Source of the DNA: a virus
Lineage: Duplodnaviria > Caudoviricetes
Reading direction: 5' to 3' (one strand)
Virus record (IMG/VR): IMGVR_UViG_3300048496_000021
Coordinates: 31,911 to 95,910 of that record
DNA: 64,000 nt
Below, one piece after another: positions 18,567-28,111 of the stretch; position 1 is the stretch's first letter; each line of letters opens with the position of its first letter. The notes beneath the pieces are model-generated. The model made no database searches. It had not been told where the DNA came from and saw only the letters and a list, made by a program, of their open reading frames with translations. The position numbers and the translations under genes were made by a program.

Positions 18567-20369
18567 GTGCATAAATTCAGGAAAACAAACTACGATAGAT
18601 TTATTGAGTCCAGGCAGAGGCAAAAGCACCTACTGGAGACATACAAGAACCGACTTGATTCTGACCGTCTGGAATGGATGGAAGAAAATATCTATCTGGG
18701 AGGTAAAAGACTTTCATTTGAAAGTACGGGCCCACTCGTAGAGTATGGAGAATATGATATACCGAGCAAAGTGTTTAAGCGCCCATATGTGCCGCCATAT
18801 CTGAATGATAGAACAAGAGATAAGTCAGCAATAAAGTGCAGACAGGCAGAGTGGTCTGTCATGAGCACCAATGACAACCTGTATGACGGTGTTGTCCTTG
18901 ATATGCATATCTCTCATGTATTCCCGTCTGCAAAAGTGGCGCAAGGGTTTTCTCTTGAAAAGATATCAACGGCGATCGAGGGGTCTCCTGGGATCAAAGA
19001 AGTGCTATCTCACTCCCAAAGAAGTAGATTCATGTTTCTTGGAGGTGGAATTTATTATATCGGGGGCGTACTGGATCGGGCAGCAGGTCGAGCCCCATCG
19101 AGAGATAAGATTCTCTTTGACGAGTATGATTCAATTCCAGAGTCAATTGTGCCCGCCCTTCTCGGGTCATTGAAGCACTCTGCCCATCAATTGGCCGTAT
19201 ACATTGGAACCGGAACCGTTCCTGGGTATGGGATTGACAAGAAGGTCAAAGATGGGTGTGAATGGGAATGGGAATTTAAATGCCCAAAATGCGGAGTCTC
19301 TCAGAAATTCGAGTTCCCTGAAAACATAATCAATTACTTTGATGTGACGGACTTCGATAAGGACGATCCTGCATACCAAGAGCGCATTCATAAAGCGTAT
19401 ATTGGGTGTAAGATATGCAAAACGTATATCGACCGAAACTCTGATCATTATGTTGAACATTCAGGATATCAAACAGAAAAACTTCACCTGAAGGATGTAC
19501 GGTCATCATACTATATTAACGCAGGTATGCTGCCATGGAAAACCGGAAAGGGTGTTCTTCAGGTATACCACGCATACGAGTCTCAAGGGTATATCAGTCA
19601 GTTTTGGAATGAGGAGTGGGGCAAGGCTCATATCGCCGGAGGCTACCAGTTAACGGATGTCGAGCTTAACAACATTCAAATGCCTTATCATGCCATGGGC
19701 GTGCGCTCACATATGGTTGAGAACGTCTCTGTGGGGGTTGACTGGGGACAGCGTGAGTCATGGGTCATTATAAGCGCCCATATAACCGGGTACGACAATA
19801 AGAGGTCAATCATCGGGGCATACTTGGTCGATCATCGATTATTGTCGGACATGGGGCTATCTAACGACCCTGACAACCATGTAGATGCCGTAGCCATATT
19901 GATCGATCGATACAGGCCCGACATTTTTGTTCATGATGCCAACGGAATCGGAATACATCCACATTCAAGATTAAGAAGGATGTTTCCTGATATTGTATGG
20001 GGAGCCTTTTTTGATACACAAGAGATCAACAAGGAGAGTGAACAGTCAAAGATGGTAGAGCCAGTGTGGAGCGATACACAGCATCGAGTCACGTTCCCAA
20101 AGGTGAAGACAGTGAAGGATATCATGGGAGAGATTCGGAAAGGAAAATTAACTTTGCCAATTATGGATAACCCAGAGGTTGTAAAGAAGTTCGTTGCTCA
20201 CCACAAGAATCTCATCGTACAAGGCAGGTTGAACATAGAGAAGAACCGAGAGTATCAGGTGGTTGTCAAGTCGGGCCCAGACCATTTTTTTGATGCAGAT
20301 ATGTACTCCAAAATAGGGTTTGACAAAATCACAGGACATGGCAGTTTGCAACATGCCGGAGTCGCTTAA
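18567..20369 (+). CDS. terL: terminase large subunit (GpA-like ATPase + RNase H-like nuclease)
   Basis: KCRQ, LFDEYD, GTGT, CPKC/CKIC Zn finger, GVDWG, GPDHFFDA. Confidence 0.88.
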   Translation: MHKFRKTNYDRFIESRQRQKHLLETYKNRLDSDRLEWMEENIYLGGKRLSFESTGPLVEYGEYDIPSKVFKRPYVPPYLNDRTRDKSAIKCRQAEWSVMSTNDNLYDGVVLDMHISHVFPSAKVAQGFSLEKISTAIEGSPGIKEVLSHSQRSRFMFLGGGIYYIGGVLDRAAGRAPSRDKILFDEYDSIPESIVPALLGSLKHSAHQLAVYIGTGTVPGYGIDKKVKDGCEWEWEFKCPKCGVSQKFEFPENIINYFDVTDFDKDDPAYQERIHKAYIGCKICKTYIDRNSDHYVEHSGYQTEKLHLKDVRSSYYINAGMLPWKTGKGVLQVYHAYESQGYISQFWNEEWGKAHIAGGYQLTDVELNNIQMPYHAMGVRSHMVENVSVGVDWGQRESWVIISAHITGYDNKRSIIGAYLVDHRLLSDMGLSNDPDNHVDAVAILIDRYRPDIFVHDANGIGIHPHSRLRRMFPDIVWGAFFDTQEINKESEQSKMVEPVWSDTQHRVTFPKVKTVKDIMGEIRKGKLTLPIMDNPEVVKKFVAHHKNLIVQGRLNIEKNREYQVVVKSGPDHFFDADMYSKIGFDKITGHGSLQHAGVA

Positions 20370-20535
20370 AGATTTAATTGCATCATCCAGACGGCACATG
20401 GGGATAAAGACACACAAAGAGCTTATTGAGAAGCTGGAAGTGGATTCTGACATCAGACATCTGGAGCAAGTAGATCCGCGCGAAACCAAAGAGGAACGCG
20501 AAAAGCGAGAAAAGCAGCTCGGAATTATACGATAA
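20332..20535 (+). CDS. hypothetical protein
   Basis: short ORF between terL and portal. Confidence 0.45.
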   Translation, partial: QDMAVCNMPESLKDLIASSRRHMGIKTHKELIEKLEVDSDIRHLEQVDPRETKEEREKREKQLGIIR

Positions 20536-22148
20536 TGCCCAACAAAAAGAAAAAAAAGAATAAGAAAAATCAGCCCGCTGAACTATCATTTTCGCCTCAA
20601 GTTACCGAACTTCTCGGTGTCGGCAATGAAAAAGAAAGACGGAAAGAGGACTTATATTACAAGCACTTAAAGCTGGCTGAGAATCAACTCCTGAATTACT
20701 ACGGGGTTCTAGAGCCATACGGGGCGTTCAGTGATGACTTTAAGCGCCACATTGCAGATAGAGACCCATGTACACAGCTATGCATTAACGTTCGTCGTGC
20801 TCAAGTCAGGGAGTATGCCGAGAAGGTGGCCAGCGAAGATGAGGACATACCGGGATGGTGCGTTCGCATGTCAGGGGGAGTGTCGCCATCCAAGGAAGAC
20901 AAAGAAGCAATAAACAGGCTTACTGATTTCTTCACATGGAATGGAGTGAAGTATAACCCAGACTCAGACATCGATAACATATCTGACTTTATCGCAACCG
21001 TTATCGAGGAGCAGCATGTTCTTGATAAGTACGCAGTCGAGGTAAGATACACCGAGAAAACAAATACCCTGTACGATTATACATTAATGGATGCCGGCAC
21101 AATCAGGCCAGTAATTCCAGAGGGGTTCCAGGGGACTAAAGAGGACATTAAGATTCCGCGTTCATATCATCTATTGCGAAGAGATCAGGCTGAAGACTTG
21201 TACGACCACAGGAAAGCTTCTATACCAAACCCAGAAGACATTCGTTACGTGCAATTTATAGATGGAGAAGTAGTGGCCGGCTTTACATCTAGAGAGCTTG
21301 TGATGCCAATCGGAAATTTCACACTCAACCACAAGAAATACGGCCAAGCAGTTAGCCCGATTGATCAATCAATCATAATGATATCATCATTCATTCGAAG
21401 CCTTAAGTTCAATGCCAATGCGTTCGATGAGATGACCATCCCTCGCATTGCACTGGCATTTAAGAAAGGGGGAACTGACCCAAAGTCAATGCGATCAATG
21501 CAGAGAGAATTTGAGGCGAATTTTCGAGGCGAACGATCGGCATATAAGATACCCCTGTTCAATGGGGATGTAGATGTGCTCGACCTATACAGTAAATCGA
21601 GAGACATGGAGTACATTGATTATCTCACCTTTTGCGCATCATACATATTCGCAATGCATGGAGTTGACCCTGCGGAGGCCGGGCTCAAGCTAGATCGGTC
21701 ACAGGCTATGTTTAGCGAGAATCAAGATGCCAGGCTGAAGTTCTCTAAAAGTCGTGGGCTCAATGAGCGCCTCAAGAATATGCAAAGATTTTTCAACAAG
21801 CTTTTATGGATGGCAGGAGTCACTAAGTACGAATTTCACTTCACCGGACTTGATTCAATCGATCGTGAGGCTCGGGCCAAGCGCGACAAGGATCTCATTG
21901 AGACCAGAAAGACAATCAATGAGGTTCGGAAATCATACGGAGACCCACCGCAGCCAGGAGGGGACGTTATCGCCAACCAGTACTACCTTCAATCTCTTCA
22001 GATGGAACAGGCCAAGCAGGCGCAGGAGGCTATGGGCGAAGAAGAGGAGACTGGTCTCGATGAAAATATGATTGACGACGTGATGCAAGATGTTATGGGT
22101 GAGTTCGAAAAGGCAGATGGGAGAAGGAAATCGTTCTCACTGCTTTGA
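20535..22148 (+). CDS. portal protein
   Basis: DAGTIR, YVQ, YG.SP, RDMEY..Y, VDPAEAG, TINEVR..G.PP.PGGDVI motifs. Confidence 0.9.
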   Translation: MPNKKKKKNKKNQPAELSFSPQVTELLGVGNEKERRKEDLYYKHLKLAENQLLNYYGVLEPYGAFSDDFKRHIADRDPCTQLCINVRRAQVREYAEKVASEDEDIPGWCVRMSGGVSPSKEDKEAINRLTDFFTWNGVKYNPDSDIDNISDFIATVIEEQHVLDKYAVEVRYTEKTNTLYDYTLMDAGTIRPVIPEGFQGTKEDIKIPRSYHLLRRDQAEDLYDHRKASIPNPEDIRYVQFIDGEVVAGFTSRELVMPIGNFTLNHKKYGQAVSPIDQSIIMISSFIRSLKFNANAFDEMTIPRIALAFKKGGTDPKSMRSMQREFEANFRGERSAYKIPLFNGDVDVLDLYSKSRDMEYIDYLTFCASYIFAMHGVDPAEAGLKLDRSQAMFSENQDARLKFSKSRGLNERLKNMQRFFNKLLWMAGVTKYEFHFTGLDSIDREARAKRDKDLIETRKTINEVRKSYGDPPQPGGDVIANQYYLQSLQMEQAKQAQEAMGEEEETGLDENMIDDVMQDVMGEFEKADGRRKSFSLL

Positions 22149-22275
22149 TCATACAGCAAGGAGAACACCATGAAGATCATCAGGTTTGTCTTTTTAAAAA
22201 TCATCAAGCTCATCATGTATACTGATCCCGCAGGAAGGCATTATTATTTTTAAGATGCAAGTCAAGGAGAACACC

Positions 22276-22983
22276 ATGTTGAAAGCAATAATTAATTTCT
22301 TTAAAAGACTATTTTCCCGAGCACGCAAAAGTGAAGCAGTGCCCACTCCAGAGCTAAAGATAGTTCGCCCGAGAGACCCGGTAGAAAGTATTGCATCAGT
22401 ATTCCGTGAGAAATTGGAGACAGGGTGCACCGGAGATATAGATGCCTTTTTCTGTGACAACATTGCCACACAGAGGATTCCAGTTCTCACCATTCATCAG
22501 GATATCATCGCTCAAGAGGCAGAGAAGCTTTTTGGAGTAGAGGTCTTGGGGGTTATACTACAGATGGGCGATAAAACTGGAGATTATGAAATCCTTAGAA
22601 GGGACTATAAATATCGTCCAGAGTTCACGAATGAGATCAACTGCCTCATGCATATGTTATCAGAACATATAGACAATATTCCCAAAGGTTACGATATCGA
22701 AACAATATCAACGGTTGCATGGATGTATTGGCGCTCCGTAAAAAATCACTTTGAAGGAAAGATGTCTAAGACAAGCGGAAATACTCACGGGGTGCCTATT
22801 GAAGAGCTCGCAGCAGTTAACCGAATAACATATGGAGAAGATTTTTTCAAGGCATTGATATCGGCACAATGCAATCAGGTTGCCGGCTTAGATATGATCA
22901 GAAAGTGCGTCACAGGTGGATCAATTGTCGGCAGTGGTTCATCGATCTTGGAGGAGCTGAGCGAAAATGCAATTCACAATTGA
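22276..22983 (+). CDS. hypothetical protein
   Basis: AAGGAGAACACC-ATG start. Confidence 0.7.
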   Translation: MLKAIINFFKRLFSRARKSEAVPTPELKIVRPRDPVESIASVFREKLETGCTGDIDAFFCDNIATQRIPVLTIHQDIIAQEAEKLFGVEVLGVILQMGDKTGDYEILRRDYKYRPEFTNEINCLMHMLSEHIDNIPKGYDIETISTVAWMYWRSVKNHFEGKMSKTSGNTHGVPIEELAAVNRITYGEDFFKALISAQCNQVAGLDMIRKCVTGGSIVGSGSSILEELSENAIHN

Positions 22984-23452
22984 AGATTACATCCACATAC
23001 AAAAATGCTATCATCCACACAGAGCATCAGCAAAGCAGATCAACTATATTCAGGAGCTCAGGAATGGTGCAGGAAAAGAGGAGGAACTTAGGGATGCCTT
23101 GAATATGATAGAGAGCCATGAGTGTATTAAGATTGAGATGATTCATGATCAATCATTTACAGTAGCAATGGCCGCATTTATTATTAAGCTCCTATCTGGG
23201 GGACATTAGTGATTATATCCAAGATGTTCACTGCGTACAGCCACGCCCCCAATAAATACATCGTTCATATTGGCGACAAGGTTGTGAGCCTGAATGAGAT
23301 AATCTTATTGGCAAAATCATCAAATGGAGTTGTCGAAACACTTGGAACAACAACAGAAAAAAACCTTGGCAGCATAGTCCATGTATTGCATATGTGGGTA
23401 GCTGTCCCAAAAAATTCGGAACCAGCTAAATTATATTTTCAGGAGCATACCG

Positions 23453-23929
23453 ATGGATAATGACAACATAAAAAGAATCTCGAAGATCCAAATCAAAGAG
23501 GTTGCCGACTCAATACCCAGAGTGCAGTTGAAGTACATCGACACAGAGGGCACGGAGTACGATGTTAAGACAAAGAACGTCATACCGAGTACGACACTTG
23601 TTGGCATGTACAATGAGATCGGGTTTTTATTGGCAAAGCACTCTGAACTTCCATACGCAGAAGTGGGCGTTGAGTACATTAAAATCGATTACGATGATGA
23701 CGTCGGTGAAGGGTTGAGTGCCAAGATCGTGACGCGGAACTTTCGAGATATGTATATCGTGGCGAACGTCGGCCCCTTCTGGTCGGATACCGGGAACGAG
23801 AACACTCTTCTACCGGAAGACTTGGAGGTGCGACTCAGTGATCTGAAGATCGAAATCAAGCGACTCTTAAGCGGGCGTCGTGGACAAATGTCTTTATTTG
23901 ATAAAGAAGAAAGTGTAAAAGAGGAGTAA
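23453..23929 (+). CDS. hypothetical protein ending in a QMSLF beta-clamp-binding-like motif
   Basis: ORF; GQMSLF. Confidence 0.6.
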   Translation: MDNDNIKRISKIQIKEVADSIPRVQLKYIDTEGTEYDVKTKNVIPSTTLVGMYNEIGFLLAKHSELPYAEVGVEYIKIDYDDDVGEGLSAKIVTRNFRDMYIVANVGPFWSDTGNENTLLPEDLEVRLSDLKIEIKRLLSGRRGQMSLFDKEESVKEE

Positions 23930-23932
23930 ACC

Positions 23933-24532
23933 ATGAATGCTATCAAGAGATATTTTGTTATGCGAGTGAGTCAGTTGGACGTAAATAATGAACTCATTTT
24001 GCAGGCTATCCAGAAGGGTAAAATCATGCAGAAGACAATCTCCGGTGTGACAATTAAGTCCCTGCAAGATGAGTTACGCGAGACCAGGCAGTCTGAGGAG
24101 GATCGACGCAAAGACATGCACGATCGAATGCAAGATGCAATCGATGACCTAAAAGTCGAATTAGTGCTTGTGCAGGAAACCAGTAGCGCATCAATCAAGG
24201 CATCTGAGGCAGAGAAAAGGAGAACCATCGATTCATACACTGCCAAGATCAATACTTTAGAGTTGGAGAGAAAATCTTTCATCAGCATGTATCAACAAAA
24301 AGCGCAACGGCTAGATGAGCTATATGAGCAGGCAGAGGATGCATATGCATGGATCGAGGCCAACCGTAAGGTCCAAGAGAGAAGCATTGAACTTCAGCGC
24401 AAAAACGATGTCGCATTTCAGGCTGTCTCTGAGAACGCGGCCGGAGACTACTACGCAAAAATCAAAACAAAACTCAAAAAAGAGCGCCCATCACTATTGA
24501 GCGTTATTAACGACGAACAAGCGGTCGTATAA
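23933..24532 (+). CDS. coiled-coil protein
   Basis: heptad-rich; RBS. Confidence 0.65.
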   Translation: MNAIKRYFVMRVSQLDVNNELILQAIQKGKIMQKTISGVTIKSLQDELRETRQSEEDRRKDMHDRMQDAIDDLKVELVLVQETSSASIKASEAEKRRTIDSYTAKINTLELERKSFISMYQQKAQRLDELYEQAEDAYAWIEANRKVQERSIELQRKNDVAFQAVSENAAGDYYAKIKTKLKKERPSLLSVINDEQAVV

Positions 24533-24544
24533 AAAGGAGACTTA

Positions 24545-25009
24545 ATGAAAACACAAGTTTATATTACACAGATACATGAGAGTGACGATGGACTGTCAGT
24601 TGTGCCGATACCAATCAGCAATACCACGATAGTTGTTGCAGAGGCAGAACACATCAACATGAAGTTACTGCATGTATCTTATACTGACGAAGAGAAAGAA
24701 AAGCACCATGACAGTATCAGCAAGTGGACAGGGTTTCTTTTGCTTGACTCTTCGGTTGGTGTGGCCAGTCCCATTAAGACACTCTCAGATGCCTACAGGA
24801 CGTATGTGTCACTATCAAAGAGATACTGGGACCATGACACATTTATTAAAAGGTCTGGTGTGAAGTTGCCCACGGGTAAAGTCAACATAGCGGAACTTAC
24901 GTTCAATTTCAAAGATCAGGCAAAAGCGGCCTCCATAAAGAAGAGTGAAGCACTACAGGAAGAACAGATTGAAGAAGACATCGAAGAGCCTACCAAAGAA
25001 GAAGGGTAA
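24545..25009 (+). CDS. hypothetical protein
   Basis: AAGGAG RBS. Confidence 0.65.
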   Translation: MKTQVYITQIHESDDGLSVVPIPISNTTIVVAEAEHINMKLLHVSYTDEEKEKHHDSISKWTGFLLLDSSVGVASPIKTLSDAYRTYVSLSKRYWDHDTFIKRSGVKLPTGKVNIAELTFNFKDQAKAASIKKSEALQEEQIEEDIEEPTKEEG

Positions 25010-25532
25010 AGTTCGTGTCGGGAGAGAGGCTAATTTTTTAGCTCAACTCAAAAAGGATTTTAAACTCTATTATGGAGATCGGGGGTTCTGGTATAAGATC
25101 CCCGATGTGCCAGCAATGAGAATGAATGACGCAGGAGAGTACGAGCAAGTTGCCGCTACCCGAAAAAAGCCGTTCGATGTCCATGCGCTTGCCAATGGAA
25201 TGCCATATGCAATAGAGGGCAAGGCCCACGGAAACTCTCAGAGTTGGTACACAAAGACAGTTCAAGAGCACCAGATTGCCGCCCTGAAGGAATACAGAAG
25301 ATCCGAAGGATTTGCATATGTTGTCTTGGTTGTGCAATACAAAAGTGGCGACCAAAAGATTAACTTTGCCGTTATACTCACAATTGAAGAGGTGCTTGCC
25401 CGGAAATCCTATACTGTCGATGAGCTGAAGTCCATGAGGACATTCAAAAGAGATTTCTTGACAGTGAATGATGGAAGTTTAAAAAAGATTTGGGATGTGT
25501 CGAAGATTTTCGATGTATCCCATGGAGGTTGA
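24945..25532 (+). CDS. RecU-like Holliday junction resolvase (PD-(D/E)XK); start uncertain
   Basis: KPFDV..AIEGK..VQEHQIAAL..GFAYVV. Confidence 0.75.
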   Translation: MKHYRKNRLKKTSKSLPKKKGKVRVGREANFLAQLKKDFKLYYGDRGFWYKIPDVPAMRMNDAGEYEQVAATRKKPFDVHALANGMPYAIEGKAHGNSQSWYTKTVQEHQIAALKEYRRSEGFAYVVLVVQYKSGDQKINFAVILTIEEVLARKSYTVDELKSMRTFKRDFLTVNDGSLKKIWDVSKIFDVSHGG

Positions 25533-25534
25533 AA

Positions 25535-25792
25535 ATGAATAATAAACAAGAGTTACCACAGTACAAATGCCATAAACAGGTTGGCGCGTTAAGGATTGCA
25601 AACATCCAGGTCAATCCAGATGGGAGTGCCCTGTTGTCACCTGAAGAGACAGGGCATCATGCATTTCGCGTAAGTGCGGAGTATGTCAATAAGCATTCGC
25701 CCATTGTTGGCGGGTACTATGTTCGATATGATGGCGGATACGAGTCCTTCTCTCCGGAGACAGCATTTGAGGCAGGGTACTCGCCCTTATAG
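25535..25792 (+). CDS. conserved small phage protein (GYYVxYxxGYxSFSP family)
   Basis: YKCHK.V.A; GGYYVRYDGGYESFSPETAFEAGY. Confidence 0.7.
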   Translation: MNNKQELPQYKCHKQVGALRIANIQVNPDGSALLSPEETGHHAFRVSAEYVNKHSPIVGGYYVRYDGGYESFSPETAFEAGYSPL

Positions 25793-25803
25793 GAGATAAG
25801 TTC

Positions 25804-25920
25804 TTGACGATGTATCTATATTACACATACTGAGTCGTTCAACTTCGCTGTTCTCCAGTGAAAAAAACGGCACGGCGGGCGCCGCTTCTACGGAAGATGA
25901 CCCGCCCCCGAAAGGGTTGT
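25804..25920 (+). ncRNA. sigma70-like promoter and candidate ~85-nt sRNA
   Basis: TTGACG..CATACT; hairpin TTCGCTG-TTCTC-CAGTGAA; GC-rich stems; no RBS-linked ORF. Confidence 0.45.
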
Positions 25921-25982
25921 AATATTATAAAAAGTTACTTGACAATATGGATCAATAACGTATGGTCACACAGGAGAACACG

Positions 25983-26183
25983 ATGTCAATTAATACAATT
26001 ACAGCCTACAAGACGTCTGATGGAAAGATTTTCGAAAGTCAACCTGATGCAAGAGAGCATGAGTTAGATATTGATTTTGCCGTGTGGTATAATAAAGACC
26101 CCATAGGTAAAGACGTCGATGTCACTCAAGTACGTGATTGGCTAGATGATAACCGTGAACAAATTTTGGCATACTTAAAATGA
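25983..26183 (+). CDS. hypothetical protein
   Basis: TTGACA at 25939; GGAGAACA RBS; AYKTSDGKIFE motif. Confidence 0.7.
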   Translation: MSINTITAYKTSDGKIFESQPDAREHELDIDFAVWYNKDPIGKDVDVTQVRDWLDDNREQILAYLK

Positions 26184-26414
26184 TACCCGACCTGAATAAC
26201 TGCACCCTGCGCACATGGGAGCCAGCAAGCAAAAGACCGTGTGCGCTATTTTTGACTTATAAATTTTATCATATAAGTCGAGCTCTTGGCGTTATTGATG
26301 GAATGCCGCTAGGAGTACCGGACCAATAGTCTGGAATTTGGCGTGATGACTGCATAGGCTTTCATTGCGCCACTTTTGGATTCATAAGAATCAACCAATG
26401 AGTTCCCAACATTT

Positions 26415-26446
26415 CCCGCTCAGGCTTGGCTTGGGCGGGCTTTTTT
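26415..26446 (+). terminator. intrinsic terminator
   Basis: CCCGCTCAGGC/GCTTGGGCGGG + T6. Confidence 0.75.
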
Positions 26447-26699
26447 AAGAGGCTGATGATCGCGAAAGCGAAATACCAACATCAGTTAGGCCAGGAGGAC
26501 ACTATGAAGCGCGAGTTCCCCCCTTTTACATACAAGCAAGGGCGATAAATTTTCCGACAGGGTGCCATCGCACGAAAGACAGCGATACTGCGCCCGTGTC
26601 CCGGTAACACAGGTTGTCGGGGCGATTTGACAACGAGCAACTTTTTAAAATTGAGCGACTGGCCCGGTCGTAATAACGGGCAATTGGCCTTATGGGCAG

Positions 26700-26967
26700 C
26701 CGATGGTGGCGGAATAGGTAGACGCATGTAGTCAGAACAGAGAAGGAGAAGGACGTTGCTGCCCTTGCAGGAAATGGCAAGGTTCATTAGGCTTATGCCG
26801 TTGTAACAAGTAACGCAAATGATTCTCCAACTGAGCCGCAAGGTAAATTCTCATGCTGTGTGACTATACGAGTAAGCAAGACCTTTGTCAATGAGTTCAG
26901 GCAGACGAAAGGTAATAAACTCTAAGGAGATCGACCTGAATGTCTCGTCAAATCACAGCCCATCGGA
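26700..26967 (+). ncRNA. 268-nt tRNA-Leu-like RNA with large insertions
   Basis: acceptor CCGATGG/CCATCGG-A; Leu-type D arm TGGCGGAATAGGTAGACGC; T stem CTGTG/CACAG split by an ~90 nt insert. Confidence 0.65.
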
Positions 26968-26974
26968 TTTTTTC

Positions 26975-27046
26975 GGGCTTATAACTCAGCGGTAGAGGGC
27001 CGGACTCATAATCCGGTAGTCGTTGGTTCGAACCCAACTGGGCCCA
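26975..27046 (+). tRNA. tRNA-CAT (Ile2 or Met)
   Basis: canonical cloverleaf, anticodon loop CTCATAA, GGTTCGAACCC; no encoded CCA. Confidence 0.92.
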
Positions 27047-27132
27047 AAAGTCCACATCCCCGATTCCTCATTCCGTCGGATTAATCCACCGACTCATTTA
27101 CCTGCGTATTTCGTCGGGGGTGTGGCAATTTT

Positions 27133-27205
27133 GCCCTTGTAGCTCAGATGGTAGAGCAGCGACCTTGTAAGTCGCATGTCGCAGGTTCGAATCCTGTTGA
27201 GGGCT
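27133..27205 (+). tRNA. tRNA-Thr(TGT)
   Basis: canonical cloverleaf, GCGAC-CTTGTAA-GTCGC, GGTTCGAATCC. Confidence 0.93.
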
Positions 27206-27977
27206 AAGTGCCAGGGTACAAATTGTCCGTCTAACCTGGATACTGTGGACATGTGGGCACATCCGGCGATGAGTGTGTCAGAGTTGCCATTGGCAGCGCA
27301 CCATGTTTTGGGTGTCTCGCTATCGAGGAACAAAACAAGCTCCACTGTGATTCATAGTCTCGCAGTGGAGCAAAGTCTTGGGCTGTGTACGGTTCACCGG
27401 TGGATATTGCAAATACAGCGACATGCGCGATGGATTGTAATTGGTCCCGGTAGTCGATTGTGAGAGTATGGGTAAACCTGAATGAGTCCCAAAGGGTAGC
27501 AATCTGGGCGAAAAAACCATGAACCCCATGGGATGACTGTGACAACAGACAGTACACTGGGGCGTTTACCGAATCGTAAATCGGGAAGCCATCGTATGAT
27601 TCGCTTTGTACGATGGCGAATGCATTCTAGTTGAACGGCATATCTGTCATGTACTAGGCATTGTGACAGAAGAGAGGCAGTTTATTATTGGGACTGTGAG
27701 AGTGAATTGTGCAATCGAAGCATATGAAGCGATCGCATGAAATTTGTATACTTGGCCTCACTATTGCAATAGAAGTCCTTGCCCGTGCAGGTTAGGCACC
27801 GGAGCCCTTCCGGCGTTATGTCCTTTGGTGGCGGTGCGATAAGGGAAGCCATGCATCGATTCGTTTCGGTGCATGGCGAAAACTTGACTTAATGGCATGA
27901 GGTTTGATCACCGAAACATGAAGTTAGGGCCGCAGCCTTCGCTTGGAGCCAAGGAGGTTAGAGGGTTTACATGCGGA

Positions 27978-28066
27978 TGCACAGAGCCAAAACGGGACGC
28001 CGTGGAGGGGAAATGGTGAACAGGAGCGATAATGACTCCGTCCGGGTTCAAGTCCCGGCTGTGCGA
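27978..28066 (+). ncRNA. tRNA-like RNA with a hairpin inserted in the D loop and an aberrant anticodon arm
   Basis: TGCACAG/CTGTGCG acceptor; CCGGG-TTCAAGT-CCCGG T arm. Confidence 0.65.
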
Positions 28067-28111
28067 AGTGCCAAGAGGTACAAAGACTTTGAAAATTTAA
28101 AAGGAGCAACT

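Noticed and set aside
26454-26478. Hammerhead-like CTGATGA...GAAA
   Set aside because: The stem II closing pair and stems I/III with an NUH site cannot be formed; CTGATG pairs with CATCAG instead.
26700-26967. tmRNA or group I intron-containing tRNA
   Set aside because: No G3-U70 alanine identity or tag ORF; the inserts are short and I see no group I P7 core.
27583-27880. CRISPR array from the two 38-nt GGGAAGCCAT..ATGGCGAA repeats
   Set aside because: Only two copies, 260 nt apart, internally divergent, and no cas genes in the window.
27206-27970. GOLLD/ROOL large RNA
   Set aside because: The tRNA-adjacent context fits, but I cannot recognise diagnostic motifs; an Infernal search is needed.
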